From contig JAFGAR010000151.1 of assembly GCA_016933575.1 (NCBI GenBank), positions 96,001-160,000 of the forward strand: a stretch of 64,000 bases of DNA, in the 5' to 3' direction. The stretch comes from Candidatus Thorarchaeota archaeon. GTDB taxonomy: Archaea > Asgardarchaeota > Thorarchaeia > Thorarchaeales > Thorarchaeaceae. Under the pieces are notes generated by a model. That model searched no databases. It saw nothing but the letters and a program-made list of their open reading frames with translations, and had not been told where the DNA came from. Within the stretch, counting starts at the first letter, position 1; each line of letters begins with the position of its first letter. This document shows, piece after piece, positions 27,229-37,547 of this stretch. A program made the position numbers and the translations under genes.

Positions 27229-29871
27229 TTGGAAATTGCTGATGCTGATGTTCAGAAAAGACTCTCGAAATCCTATATGATTGTCTTAAGATCATCAAAA
27301 CAAGAAATGACCGCGAGAGTCGATATTTTCTCAGATGTATTGCGAGACCGTCAGCGTTCCACTTTGAACGGGATTATTGAATTTGGCTACCGTGAATCAA
27401 GAATCTTGGAAATCAAAAAGTTCTGGTTTGTAAAATACAACAAGCCAGTCTATATGTTTGTCCCAAAAGAGGCTCATGATATTCTTCGGAAAGCGAAGGG
27501 AATTATTATTCCTCGAGAACAAAAGCCTGAATTCTTGGACGACCTGAAAGATCTCTTAAAACGTTTGGAATCTCCAGAACCAAGAGTGGTTCCAACATGT
27601 CAGCACTGTTTGAGAGATGACCGACTGACTGTTCTTACAAAAAGGAATGCTGTGAAACTGACTGCAGATCAGGTCACATGTCTCTCCTGTGCTCAGACTG
27701 ATCTGAAGACAGAACTCAAGACACTCGGAATTCATATGTCTCGAGCTATGATGAATCAATTAGAGCGTCAAGTGTCCCGAGTAAAATCTGTTCCTCGGCT
27801 GATTGAAATGCTCACTCCGGGATTTGACCCGACCCAAGAGCCTGATCTTACTCTCATCGATACAGTAGTAGCTCATGATGTTAGTAAGAAGAAGGACATC
27901 AAGGACTTACCAATACCCGATGAATTCAAGGAGGTTCTGAAAGAAACCGGTCTTGAGATACTTTTACCAATACAACGAAAGACTGTCGATTCAGGGCTCT
28001 TCAAAAACACTTCTCTGCTTATTGTTTCTTCAACGTCATCAGGAAAGACACTATTGGGTGAGCTAGCTGGTGTACCCAAAGCTATGAAGGGGAAGAAACT
28101 CATCTATATGTCCCCTCTTGTAGCACTTACGAACGAAAAATACGAGCAATTCAGAAAGCGGTATCGAAAACTTGGCCTTCGTACTGGTATCAAGGTTGGA
28201 ATGTCGCGTTTGGACGTGGGAAAAGAAGGCAAACCTATCGTTGATACGGATATCTCAAAAGCTGATATCATCTGTGCAACCTATGAGGCTCTAGATCTTA
28301 TATTTCGTTCAGGAAATACTGATGACTTGGGTGATATTGGAACCGTAATAATCGATGAGATTCAGAACCTTGCTGATCCCGAGCGAGGTCCTGAATTGGA
28401 TGGAATTATTACACGAATGCGCCTTCACTATCCAAAGGCTCAGTATATTGCTCTCTCAGCTACAGTTGGGTCTCCAGAGGTTCTCGCGAAGGAACTAGGA
28501 CTAAAACTTGTGAATTATGAAGGTCGTCCAGTACCTCTTGAACGTCATCTAGTCTTTGCAAGAACTGATGAAGAGAAACGCTCTATCATCCGAAGATTAG
28601 TAAATGAAGAATTCAAACACAAGAGCTCTTTCGGTAATAAGGGTCAATCTATTATCTTCACATACTCTCGACGACGTGCTCATGCATTGAGTGATTGGTT
28701 AAGAGAACATCATGTGTCTTGTGCTGTCTATCATGGCGGTCTGTCTTATAATCAGAGGCGAGGAATTGAACATTCCTTTGACAAACAGAGGTATGCATGT
28801 GTTGTCACTACAGCCGCACTTGGTGCGGGGGTCGATTTACCAGCATCACAGGTAATCTTTGAATCATTAGCAATGGGTGCAGATTGGTTATCTACTGCAG
28901 AATTCGAACAGATGCTCGGTCGAGCTGGACGCCTTGGAAAACACGATCGTGGCAAGGTGTATCTAATAGTCCAACCTGAACGGAAATATCATAGTGGTCA
29001 GGATGGAAATGAGGATGAGATTGCAGTACGACTCCTAAATGGCATCATTGAAGATGTTGAACCATTTGCGGACAAGGAAACAAGTGCTGAGCAGATTCTG
29101 GCTACGATTTGCTCTAGAGGGCTTGTTGACCTAAAAGTAATTGCAAGAGCATACCTACGGATGCTTTCAATGTCTGTGCCACCTTCCGAAGCTCTGAAGC
29201 ATCTTGTAAAGACCCATATGATCCGGGTGAAGGAAGGTGGAGCTCATCCGACTGAATTAGGAAGAGCCACTTCACTCTCTTTCTTGACTCCCAGTACTGG
29301 TCTTGAAGTTATGAAACTCACAACATCATATGATGTTCTAGATATAGCAATCATGCTTGAACCATTTGAAAACGTATACCTTAGTAGTAAATTACAAGAG
29401 GAGATTAACTCAGCATTCCGGACTCATATGCCGACTAGACTCTTTTCTGGAGTTTTCAGTGAGATTAGCGATGTGAGTAAACCGGGAAGCGGCGCTGGAA
29501 GACTTCCACAATGGGTGTTTGAGGTTTTTGGAAGATGGGCAACTTCTTTCTTCAACTGTGGTTGTCGAGACTTTCCTGAATGTGACCATGGTAAGATAAA
29601 ATTGGGTCGATGGCTCGTTGACCGGAGGGAGGAGGGATTGAATCCATCTGGACTTGCAGGACGCCTCCATGATGAATTTGAACTCTGGGCATACCCCGGC
29701 GACCTCTTTTCATGGCTTGACTCCCTCATTCACAGTCTTAAAGCAGTTCAACGTATTGCAAGTGTTGCTGGAAAAATAGATCTTAGTGAAGAGATTGATA
29801 GTCAGATAGCTCGTATTGAAAGACCACTTGAGAATTATAACGTAGAAGAGGCAGAAGACACTAAGAAGTGA
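27229..29871 (+). CDS. Archaea-specific SF2 Ski2-like helicase (ASH-Ski2/COG1202-type, DUF5814-like C-terminus)
   Basis: SSTSSGKT, PLVAL.NEK, DEIQ, LSAT, YHGG, TTAALGAGVD.P, QMLGRAGR; N-terminal CQHC/CLSC; C-terminal CGC...P.C.H. Confidence 0.92.
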   Translation: MEIADADVQKRLSKSYMIVLRSSKQEMTARVDIFSDVLRDRQRSTLNGIIEFGYRESRILEIKKFWFVKYNKPVYMFVPKEAHDILRKAKGIIIPREQKPEFLDDLKDLLKRLESPEPRVVPTCQHCLRDDRLTVLTKRNAVKLTADQVTCLSCAQTDLKTELKTLGIHMSRAMMNQLERQVSRVKSVPRLIEMLTPGFDPTQEPDLTLIDTVVAHDVSKKKDIKDLPIPDEFKEVLKETGLEILLPIQRKTVDSGLFKNTSLLIVSSTSSGKTLLGELAGVPKAMKGKKLIYMSPLVALTNEKYEQFRKRYRKLGLRTGIKVGMSRLDVGKEGKPIVDTDISKADIICATYEALDLIFRSGNTDDLGDIGTVIIDEIQNLADPERGPELDGIITRMRLHYPKAQYIALSATVGSPEVLAKELGLKLVNYEGRPVPLERHLVFARTDEEKRSIIRRLVNEEFKHKSSFGNKGQSIIFTYSRRRAHALSDWLREHHVSCAVYHGGLSYNQRRGIEHSFDKQRYACVVTTAALGAGVDLPASQVIFESLAMGADWLSTAEFEQMLGRAGRLGKHDRGKVYLIVQPERKYHSGQDGNEDEIAVRLLNGIIEDVEPFADKETSAEQILATICSRGLVDLKVIARAYLRMLSMSVPPSEALKHLVKTHMIRVKEGGAHPTELGRATSLSFLTPSTGLEVMKLTTSYDVLDIAIMLEPFENVYLSSKLQEEINSAFRTHMPTRLFSGVFSEISDVSKPGSGAGRLPQWVFEVFGRWATSFFNCGCRDFPECDHGKIKLGRWLVDRREEGLNPSGLAGRLHDEFELWAYPGDLFSWLDSLIHSLKAVQRIASVAGKIDLSEEIDSQIARIERPLENYNVEEAEDTKK

Positions 29872-30121
29872 GATCGTCCTTTTCAATCTCAAATAGAACT
29901 CTGATATTTCCTACAAGCTCAGGCGGCATCGAGTCCAGATTAAGATCAATCCAGCTATGCAGATCTCTTCGTATTGTTTCTTTATTCTCCAGCGCTGGAG
30001 GCAAATCAGACCTATCCTCCGAAACAATCTGGAAATGAGAACATCCGCAACTGCATTGTCCTTCCAGAACCATGTCAATATCAACTGAAGTCTTTCCACA
30101 ATTTCTGCATAGGAAGATCAA
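29861..30121 (-). CDS. Small zinc-ribbon protein (OapC/COG3364-like)
   Basis: CRNCGK...CSCGCSHF. Confidence 0.65.
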   Translation of the reverse strand: MIFLCRNCGKTSVDIDMVLEGQCSCGCSHFQIVSEDRSDLPPALENKETIRRDLHSWIDLNLDSMPPELVGNIRVLFEIEKDDLTS

Positions 30122-30248
30122 ATGTGATTGTCACCAAAGACTTGTGTGAGTTATGAGCCTATGAGACTTGGTATGGCTTGAGTAATACACGCGTATGTAG
30201 GACTAGACTTATTTGCCACATATTCTGGCTATATGGGGGGCAAAATAA

Positions 30249-30506
30249 ATGGCTAAATTATGCACAACCTGTCGGGAAAAAGCAAAGGTTCGTTGTGATA
30301 GATGTCACAACGAATATTGTTTGGATCATGCTATCAAATGCCCTTCTTGTGGTACAATTACATGCATTCGAGATCTTGGGAAGAAACGGAAATGTCCGAT
30401 CTGTAGTCATTCCTTAGATATTTGCCCTGAGTGTCTTATGAATGGCAAGATTGTTCGAACTCTAAAGAATACGAACTATTGCCCAGAGTGCGGCTGGAGT
30501 ACTTAG
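30249..30506 (+). CDS. Small multi-zinc-finger protein (14 Cys in 85 aa)
   Basis: Six CxxC motifs plus CxxH and CxxD. Confidence 0.8.
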   Translation: MAKLCTTCREKAKVRCDRCHNEYCLDHAIKCPSCGTITCIRDLGKKRKCPICSHSLDICPECLMNGKIVRTLKNTNYCPECGWST

Positions 30507-30757
30507 AAGTACAATAACAACCATATCATCATTAATCCGACGCCAATAATTCCTGCAATCATCCATCCTTTCTTTCCATAACCCCAAACGATTGGTATCG
30601 GACCAAGAAATATGACGCCTTTACTCTCTGATTTTATTTGGGACGTTTCTTTAGATTGAGACATATTGAGTATTGAAAATAGTACAAGAAGAATACCACT
30701 AATCAACAGTAACCATCCGAGAGCATTAACAATTTCAATTAATTGCATTGAGGTCAC
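30503..30757 (-). CDS. DUF131/TIGR00304-family membrane protein
   Basis: GVIFLGPIPIVWG signature between two TM helices. Confidence 0.88.
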   Translation of the reverse strand: MTSMQLIEIVNALGWLLLISGILLVLFSILNMSQSKETSQIKSESKGVIFLGPIPIVWGYGKKGWMIAGIIGVGLMMIWLLLYF

Positions 30758-31317
30758 CTAGTGTCCAGAATTTTACTTGGCAATTCAAACACCATCTTCT
30801 CATATCCTCCAACTTCATCCCCGTCCATTGCCCATAGGGTGATGATATCACTATAGACGTCATAATCGAGAGCTGTTTCTATTTCCATTATTTTTGTCCC
30901 AACTGGAAATCTCCATAGAATTTCAAAATCATATGGTGCTATCTCTTCCTCTAACCAAGTTTCTATTTTATTCGTTCTCTCTGTGAATCTACCTGCAAAA
31001 TCTATCAGATAGGTCACTGCCACAACATCTGTGTCTCCCTTTAGAAAGATATCACAATAATCAATCCTTGACTTGACACGTTCTCCATTTATTTCGACTC
31101 TCTCCTTATCGAGAAAGAACTGCATATTTCCAGCTAACTTATCAATCTCTTCAGCAAGTAAAGCCTCGTCTCGTATGACTCTAGGATAATACTTACCAAG
31201 ATCAAGATATTCAAAGGTAAGCTTCTCGTGTATCTCACCAGAGATTGATACTGAGAAAAAAGACTCTGCATGCACCGGTTCTACTAGTTCGGAATCTGGA
31301 ATCTCCACTCTTTTCAC
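30754..31317 (-). CDS. Hypothetical acidic protein
   Basis: GTG start immediately after the MBL gene stop; overlaps the DUF131 gene. Confidence 0.75.
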   Translation of the reverse strand: MKRVEIPDSELVEPVHAESFFSVSISGEIHEKLTFEYLDLGKYYPRVIRDEALLAEEIDKLAGNMQFFLDKERVEINGERVKSRIDYCDIFLKGDTDVVAVTYLIDFAGRFTERTNKIETWLEEEIAPYDFEILWRFPVGTKIMEIETALDYDVYSDIITLWAMDGDEVGGYEKMVFELPSKILDTR

Positions 31318-32322
31318 CTACTCAAGTGGGACTGCATTGATTCCCACTTCTGATAGATGCTTGGCAAACAGATGTGCCTTTTCTGTAAAAACATATGTGA
31401 CTCGTGGTTTTACAGCCTCTGCGAACTCAAGAAGCCCTTGAAAATCAGAGTGTGCACTTAATGGAAAGCCTCTCTCACTATATTTGCCCAGAGTCCATCC
31501 TGAGAGGCTGAAGCGTTCCGTATTCAATTCAAGTCTTCTAGATGTCTTCCTATCCAGTACATTTCTGGCAGTTTCAATTGTATGCTTAATCGAAGAACTG
31601 ACTATTACTGCACCAGAATCCAGAATATCAGATACATTGATTGATTTGAGAGATTGATGTCTTAGATCAACTCCATGGTCTTTGTATACCTTACAAATTC
31701 TATCAATACTCATATTTCCACTGACTACTCGAAATCCTCCACTCTGCAGAAGGGCAATGGCTTCCTGTGATTTCCCTAGAGAATATGCATTGAATACAGG
31801 TATCTTTCCTTCATCTAAAGAGGTTGTTGCCGCATCAAGAATATTATCATAGACTCCTCTACGATCTGGAAATATCCACTCTGGAGTTCCGTAAGTTGCT
31901 TCAGTGATTAGAACGTCAGCTTCGACTGGTTTAGCCGCTTTGTGGACAAAGCTATCAACATTGTTGAAATCACCCGTATATAGCACGGTCAAACCATCAT
32001 CAAACTCAAGATGGAACATTGTTGAACCAAGGACATGTCCTGCATTTAGTAGAGTTATATTCACACCTATTTGGCCGAACATATCTCCAACTCTCAAGAT
32101 GATCTTGTTCTCAAATGCATTTGCATTTCTAGCAAACCATGTATCAAAGGTGGCTTGCGTGGCTATGATATGTGCTGCACGGGTCAGTCCTCCGATATGA
32201 TCCGAATGCGAGTGCGAAAGAAGAGTTGTTTCTCCCTTAATACCTGCATCAAATGCCAGCCTAATATTGCCATATTCAAGAAGGAAGCCGGTTCCAACTT
32301 TCTTTACGCTAAGTGTGGACAT
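31318..32322 (-). CDS. Metallo-beta-lactamase/beta-CASP nuclease (COG1236-like)
   Basis: HSHSDH, AGHVLGS, YTGDF, EATYG, YSLGKSQE, LSAHSDF. Confidence 0.92.
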   Translation of the reverse strand: MSTLSVKKVGTGFLLEYGNIRLAFDAGIKGETTLLSHSHSDHIGGLTRAAHIIATQATFDTWFARNANAFENKIILRVGDMFGQIGVNITLLNAGHVLGSTMFHLEFDDGLTVLYTGDFNNVDSFVHKAAKPVEADVLITEATYGTPEWIFPDRRGVYDNILDAATTSLDEGKIPVFNAYSLGKSQEAIALLQSGGFRVVSGNMSIDRICKVYKDHGVDLRHQSLKSINVSDILDSGAVIVSSSIKHTIETARNVLDRKTSRRLELNTERFSLSGWTLGKYSERGFPLSAHSDFQGLLEFAEAVKPRVTYVFTEKAHLFAKHLSEVGINAVPLE

Positions 32323-32380
32323 GGGATGACCTTTCTAAAGAGAGCCCATTGACAACAAAAGGGTTTCTCACTATTGCATT

Positions 32381-33274
32381 CTATAGATGCTTTCTCATAA
32401 GTGTCATTGTTCTGCTCTTAAGAGTCCCTCCAAAATTGTGGGCAATCTCTTCCATAAGCATTCTCTGACCTTGTCCAATTAATGGTAGATGAATTGTTTT
32501 GACATCGCTCTCGGATAGAATATTAGAGATATGGTGCATTATCTCACCATAAGGAACATTGGGGTCTACAACTAAGAGACCTATGATGATGGATTTCCCT
32601 ATCTTGTCATAACTAATGCATAATCGGACTTTTCCCTCTACTGAAACCGTTCTCAGTGTTTTTCTAAAAGAACTAAAATCAAGGCTCGCCCATACGAGAG
32701 ATGTTGTAAGTCCTAATTCTTTCGCAACATCCCAGATAAGCTGCTTTGCTCCTTCTCTATCTGCAATCACATCCCATCCTTCACTTGCTCCTTTGAACTC
32801 TATCTCTTGTTCCAGATCAAATGAATAGTGGTGCAGTTTAGAGATCTCGTGAAAACCAATCTTCTCTAGAGTGTCTTTGGTCCAAGAATCTAGTTCGAAG
32901 CTAAGAGGAAAATCCAGTCTATTTACGTCAATATCATCAGAAACAAGTGCATCAACATCTCTGATTGCCACAGTCTTCATGAATGGGAGTGAAGTCTTAA
33001 TGATATGGTAGGCAATCTTGTCCCTATCTATTTCTCTCACAGCCACTGAAGCCAGCATCATTCCAAGACGTGTTTTGTCACGATAGATTGATGTTCCACC
33101 AACAATATCGTCTTCAACTGATGATACAAATGCAATTGAATCAGGTAAGTTCAGGAATTGTGTTGCTAAATTTTTATTAACATGTCTGCCTTTGGTGTTG
33201 TTTTCTTGGAAGTCCAACCATTCTTCTAGTTCATCTGCTCGAAGTCTTCGATTGAACATCACCGGAGTACTCAT
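32381..33274 (-). CDS. Hypothetical protein (possible degenerate GNAT folds)
   Basis: 297-aa ORF; IVGG..., L.SVAV, LEKIGFHE resemble GNAT elements. Confidence 0.7.
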   Translation of the reverse strand: MSTPVMFNRRLRADELEEWLDFQENNTKGRHVNKNLATQFLNLPDSIAFVSSVEDDIVGGTSIYRDKTRLGMMLASVAVREIDRDKIAYHIIKTSLPFMKTVAIRDVDALVSDDIDVNRLDFPLSFELDSWTKDTLEKIGFHEISKLHHYSFDLEQEIEFKGASEGWDVIADREGAKQLIWDVAKELGLTTSLVWASLDFSSFRKTLRTVSVEGKVRLCISYDKIGKSIIIGLLVVDPNVPYGEIMHHISNILSESDVKTIHLPLIGQGQRMLMEEIAHNFGGTLKSRTMTLMRKHL

Positions 33275-33297
33275 GATATTCTCAATCCGTAAGATGG

Positions 33298-34362
33298 CTA
33301 GAATTCTGAGATGTTAGGGATGATTTCTCTACCTATTTGCTTTATTGCTTCGATTTTATCAGGACCGATTGGCGACCCGACAATCAATTGTGTGACTCCG
33401 GTCTTGACCAAGTCTTCGATTCTGTCAAGACATTGACGTGTATTTCCGACAACTGCAAAGGCATCAATCATCTCATCTGTTACGACCTTATCCAAGTCAT
33501 TCATTCTACCTTGGGCAAGTGTATCAGTCACTTCTTGACACTTGTCAGAATCCAATCCATGTCGATCAAGTACTATCTTGGGAGAACCTGCAACGATAAA
33601 TCCGACCACGAGTTTGAGATCTCCTCCCTTAGCCTCTTCAAGTGTGGGAGCAATACTAAATGCAGTATAGGCTCCGATATCGATTTCTCTGATATCTCTT
33701 TGAGATCTCTCTACTCCTATCTTTATTCGTTTCATAGCTTCATCAAAATCCCTTGGATGGCTTGCATTAATCAATAATCCATCAACGATTTCTGCAGTGC
33801 GTTCAAGCATCTCCGGACCCTGTACACCTGCATAAATAGGAATCTTGGGTGCTTGCTTCACTTCTTTACCATTCACCACCAATATGGAACCATCATCTTG
33901 TACGACGGGTTTCTTTTTTACATGAGTGAGTTTGGCTCCTTTAATTTGAAACACATTTCCATTAAATGATACTCTCTCACCTTGAGTGAGCTCTCGTATA
34001 ATTCTGATTCCTTCTAACACTGTTGTGACAGGTTTCGTCCATTTAATTCCGAGATCATCCAAGGTTATCTTGTCTCCAGCTCCCAGCCCAATTGCTGCTC
34101 TTCCTCCAGAAATCTCATTCACCGTGACTATAGCAGCTGCAGATAAGGCTGGGCTAGTATGATACGGATTAGTGACTCCTGGACCAATTATCACCCTTTC
34201 AGTGTTCAATGCAATAGCAGTGACCGTGACCCAGAGATTTCTATTATTGTAGTGGTCTGTAATCCAAATATGGTCAAATCCCACTTCTTCCGCAAGCTTG
34301 GACATTTCGATTATTTGTTTTATTGAACGATCCGGTACAAACTCAATGCCCATCTGTAACAT
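33298..34362 (-). CDS. mer: 5,10-methylenetetrahydromethanopterin reductase (F420-dependent)
   Basis: GIEFVP, WITDHYNNR, GPGVTNPY, G.GAGD, QGP.ML, DGLLINASHP.DF, GSPIGP. Confidence 0.93.
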   Translation of the reverse strand: MLQMGIEFVPDRSIKQIIEMSKLAEEVGFDHIWITDHYNNRNLWVTVTAIALNTERVIIGPGVTNPYHTSPALSAAAIVTVNEISGGRAAIGLGAGDKITLDDLGIKWTKPVTTVLEGIRIIRELTQGERVSFNGNVFQIKGAKLTHVKKKPVVQDDGSILVVNGKEVKQAPKIPIYAGVQGPEMLERTAEIVDGLLINASHPRDFDEAMKRIKIGVERSQRDIREIDIGAYTAFSIAPTLEEAKGGDLKLVVGFIVAGSPKIVLDRHGLDSDKCQEVTDTLAQGRMNDLDKVVTDEMIDAFAVVGNTRQCLDRIEDLVKTGVTQLIVGSPIGPDKIEAIKQIGREIIPNISEF

Positions 34363-34488
34363 TGATCATTCCTCTCCTGAATAGTTTGAAAATGCCTTTC
34401 AATGGCTCATAAGTCATACTACTTAGTCCAATTCAATATCAATACTATCGAAGGGTTTATCCATCTAGGCACGTCGCAGATTCTACCG

Positions 34489-35478
34489 ATGCAGTCATTA
34501 GTGTTAACCGCAGATGGATTGCAGATTGCAGACACTCCTATTCCACCACTCCTACCAGGTGATGTACGTATTGAGGTTCGCTCAGTAGGAATCTGTGGTA
34601 CCGACTTAGCAATCTGGAGAGGCGACTATGAAGTAGACCTGCCTCTTGTCCTAGGTCACGAGATAGCTGGTTCAATACACGAGAGTTCTGTTCCAGGTAT
34701 TGAAGTTGGAACCCTTGTGACCACTGAGATTGACCTGTCTTGTGGAAGATGTTGGTATTGTAGAAGCGGCGATAGGCAATATTGTGAAAAAAAGAAAATC
34801 TTGGGAATTACATGTGATGGGGGTCTATCGGAATATCTGAGTGTCCCCGCAGATATAATCCATCCATTGCCTCTAAGCGTTACTACTGTCCAAGCCACAT
34901 TTGTAGAACCACTGGCTTCAGCAATCCAGACTCAAAAACGAGCTCCAGCCAAAGAAAATGAAGTTGTCGTCATCTTTGGAAGCGGTAAACTTGCTTTATT
35001 ACTAGCTCAAATCTATGATGCTTCAGGTGCCAATGTACATATCGTTGGTCGAAATCGTCAACAGCTAGGTCTTGCAAGACAATTGGGTCTTAGAAACACC
35101 TATGATAGTATCGAATCTAATTGGAAATCAAAGATACTCAATGTGACCAATGGAATTGGACCAAGAATCGCAATTGAGGCAACAGGGAATATCGATGGAT
35201 TTTCGCTAGCGCTGCAAACTGTGAGGAATGGAGGAATTGTTGCTCTAAAGAGCATGCATGGTTGTCAATTCTCTCTCAATCCAACTGATATTGTTAATAG
35301 AGAACTCACTTTATTTGGAATTAGTAGAGGTCCATTCAAGGAAGCTATTGATATGCTTGATAAAGGTCGAATTGAAGTCACTCGCTTGTTATCAAAAGAA
35401 TTCAAACTTGAAGAAGGAACAAAAGCCTTTGAATTCGCCTCACAACCCTCTGTGACTAAGGTTGTAATCAATATCTAG
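34489..35478 (+). CDS. Zn-dependent medium-chain dehydrogenase (threonine/sorbitol DH-like)
   Basis: GICGTD, LGHE, CGRCWYC...C, VEPLA, G.GKL. Confidence 0.92.
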   Translation: MQSLVLTADGLQIADTPIPPLLPGDVRIEVRSVGICGTDLAIWRGDYEVDLPLVLGHEIAGSIHESSVPGIEVGTLVTTEIDLSCGRCWYCRSGDRQYCEKKKILGITCDGGLSEYLSVPADIIHPLPLSVTTVQATFVEPLASAIQTQKRAPAKENEVVVIFGSGKLALLLAQIYDASGANVHIVGRNRQQLGLARQLGLRNTYDSIESNWKSKILNVTNGIGPRIAIEATGNIDGFSLALQTVRNGGIVALKSMHGCQFSLNPTDIVNRELTLFGISRGPFKEAIDMLDKGRIEVTRLLSKEFKLEEGTKAFEFASQPSVTKVVINI

Positions 35479-35489
35479 GGTAATCTATC

Positions 35490-36767
35490 ATGCTTCAATT
35501 CAATGTTGACTTGCATATTCATTCACTCCACTCAATCGGAGTGAGTAAGGTCATGACAGTCCCAAAATTGGTTGAGGGAGCAAAGGAAAAGGGGCTCGAT
35601 CTTATTGGAACCGGTGATGCTACCCAGCCTCAGTGGTTGAAACATTTGCAGTCCCATCTCAAGCAAAACAAGGATGTCTATGTCTATGACTCAATCTCGT
35701 TCATTCCAACCGTTGAGATCGAGGACATTGAATCAATTCATCATGTGGTTCTTCTGCCTGATTTTGAATCTGTTGAGAAACTTCGAACATCTTTGAAATC
35801 ATCATCTCCAAATTTGGATCATAAGTGGGGTGGCAGACCTCGTGTCAATCTACGAGGCGAAGAGATTGCTGGTCTAGTTAGAGATGCTGGGGGTATGATT
35901 GGCCCTGCTCACGCCTTCACACCTTTCAAATCAATATTTCGAGAGAACAAACATACATGCCTGAAGACATGCTATGGTAAAGAAACGGACTATATACATT
36001 TCATAGAACTTGGTCTATCTGCAGATTCAGAGATTGCAGATTTTATCCCTGAGCTTCGAAATCTGACATACATAACATCAAGTGATGCCCACTCTCCAAG
36101 TCCAAATAAACTTGGAAGAGAATTTGTTCGTTTTGAGATGCAAAATGCCACTTTTGAAGAGGTATCCCGAGTCTTGAAACGGGAGCGGGGCAGGAAGAGC
36201 CTACTAAATGTGGGGCTTGATCCGCGGCTTGGTAAGTACTTCTTATCGTTTTGTTCAAAGTGCCGTAGAACCCTCAATATTATTGAAGGGACACACTCAC
36301 CTAGTTATGACGAATTGAATATTTACATGAGTTGCATAAATGATGATGAAACGGAGCGACTCCTGCGAGATATTCATCTCCGAAAAATAAAATGTCCTGC
36401 AGATGGGAAACCACTTCGACTCGGTGTCCGAGACCGTGCAGCAGCAATTGGTGATGGAGTTTCTAAAGCTCCTTCTCACCGACCACCATACCTTCGTATA
36501 GCTCCCTTGTTAGACATAATTGTTTCAGCACTCGGAGTCAAATCGGCTTCTTCAAAATCTGCAATCAAACTCTATAATGAGATGAGAGGGACTCTCGGTC
36601 CTGAATCCATAATTCTTACTACTGCTCCCATGACGAAACTGCATAAGTTACATGATAAAGTAGCTCAAATGATTCAAGCATATCGTGACGGAACTGCGTG
36701 TTATGTTGCTGGAGGTGGAGGTCGATATGGGAAATTAATTCCTCCCTGGGAGTGTGAGTCATCCTGA
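35490..36767 (+). CDS. PHP-domain endonuclease Q / TIGR00375-family protein
   Basis: DLHIHS, GTGD, PAHAFTP, ELGLSAD, SDAHS, GRE, GLDPRLGKY, CSKC, GV.DR, RPPY, GGGG.YG. Confidence 0.9.
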   Translation: MLQFNVDLHIHSLHSIGVSKVMTVPKLVEGAKEKGLDLIGTGDATQPQWLKHLQSHLKQNKDVYVYDSISFIPTVEIEDIESIHHVVLLPDFESVEKLRTSLKSSSPNLDHKWGGRPRVNLRGEEIAGLVRDAGGMIGPAHAFTPFKSIFRENKHTCLKTCYGKETDYIHFIELGLSADSEIADFIPELRNLTYITSSDAHSPSPNKLGREFVRFEMQNATFEEVSRVLKRERGRKSLLNVGLDPRLGKYFLSFCSKCRRTLNIIEGTHSPSYDELNIYMSCINDDETERLLRDIHLRKIKCPADGKPLRLGVRDRAAAIGDGVSKAPSHRPPYLRIAPLLDIIVSALGVKSASSKSAIKLYNEMRGTLGPESIILTTAPMTKLHKLHDKVAQMIQAYRDGTACYVAGGGGRYGKLIPPWECESS

Positions 36768-36772
36768 CAGTT

Positions 36773-37072
36773 GTGCGTGGTGTGATACGCGAAATTGGTC
36801 AGAGTCGAACGACTAGAGTCAGCACACATCAATGGTATGGTTCGACCGATATTGTAATTCAGGATGAGTCCACAGGGAAGACCTATACTATACGTATCTC
36901 TGCTAAAGTGATGGACAAACATAGATTCCTTCCTCGAGTTGGAATGTCTGTCATTGTCCATGGTTATGTTGAAGAAGCTGAATTTGGGCTGTCTGATTAT
37001 ATGGTCACGAGAGTGACAGATATCAAACATGAAGGTGCTGGAATCAAGAAAATCTACAAGTTCGACGATTGA
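36773..37072 (+). CDS. Small single OB-fold-like protein
   Basis: RGVIREI...IVIQDES.G...I........PRVGMSVIVHGYV beta pattern. Confidence 0.7.
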   Translation: MRGVIREIGQSRTTRVSTHQWYGSTDIVIQDESTGKTYTIRISAKVMDKHRFLPRVGMSVIVHGYVEEAEFGLSDYMVTRVTDIKHEGAGIKKIYKFDD

Positions 37073-37073
37073 A

Positions 37074-37373
37074 TTACTTCTTATCTCTGATCAAGAACGA
37101 TGGCGCAAGAATCCACTCTGACTTGCATTTTGGACACTTTGTTGGCGCCTTTACAGATCCCTTTACTCTGAATGCATAATGACATTTTCCACAACTAGCT
37201 GGTTTTACTACTACTTCCTTCCCCTGATTTCTTACAGAGCGTGCAATGTGATCGATATCATCATAGACAATCGACCTCTTCTTAATCTCCAGTATTTCGC
37301 ATATCTCTTGTGCAGTCAATGGGACTGTGGCTGAATCAAGTAACCTTGTGATTTCTTCTCTTCTCGTCAACAT
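37074..37373 (-). CDS. HTH plus Zn-ribbon transcriptional regulator (COG3357-like)
   Basis: TRREEI..LL, VYDDI.HIARS, P..C.KC.Y.F.....P.KCPKCKSEWI..P. Confidence 0.9.
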   Translation of the reverse strand: MLTRREEITRLLDSATVPLTAQEICEILEIKKRSIVYDDIDHIARSVRNQGKEVVVKPASCGKCHYAFRVKGSVKAPTKCPKCKSEWILAPSFLIRDKK

Positions 37374-37547
37374 GATATTGTTCCAACCTATCATCTGTCT
37401 GATTACGTATGAATGCTTTGATTATGTAAAGAAGATTTACTAGCACCTTGTTTGACTCGGTAGTCTTGAGAGATAGATATAGGTCCAAATCCTTAGAAGG
37501 ATACAGTACTTCTATTAGATGAAAAGACCACTTATGGTTGATGTTGG

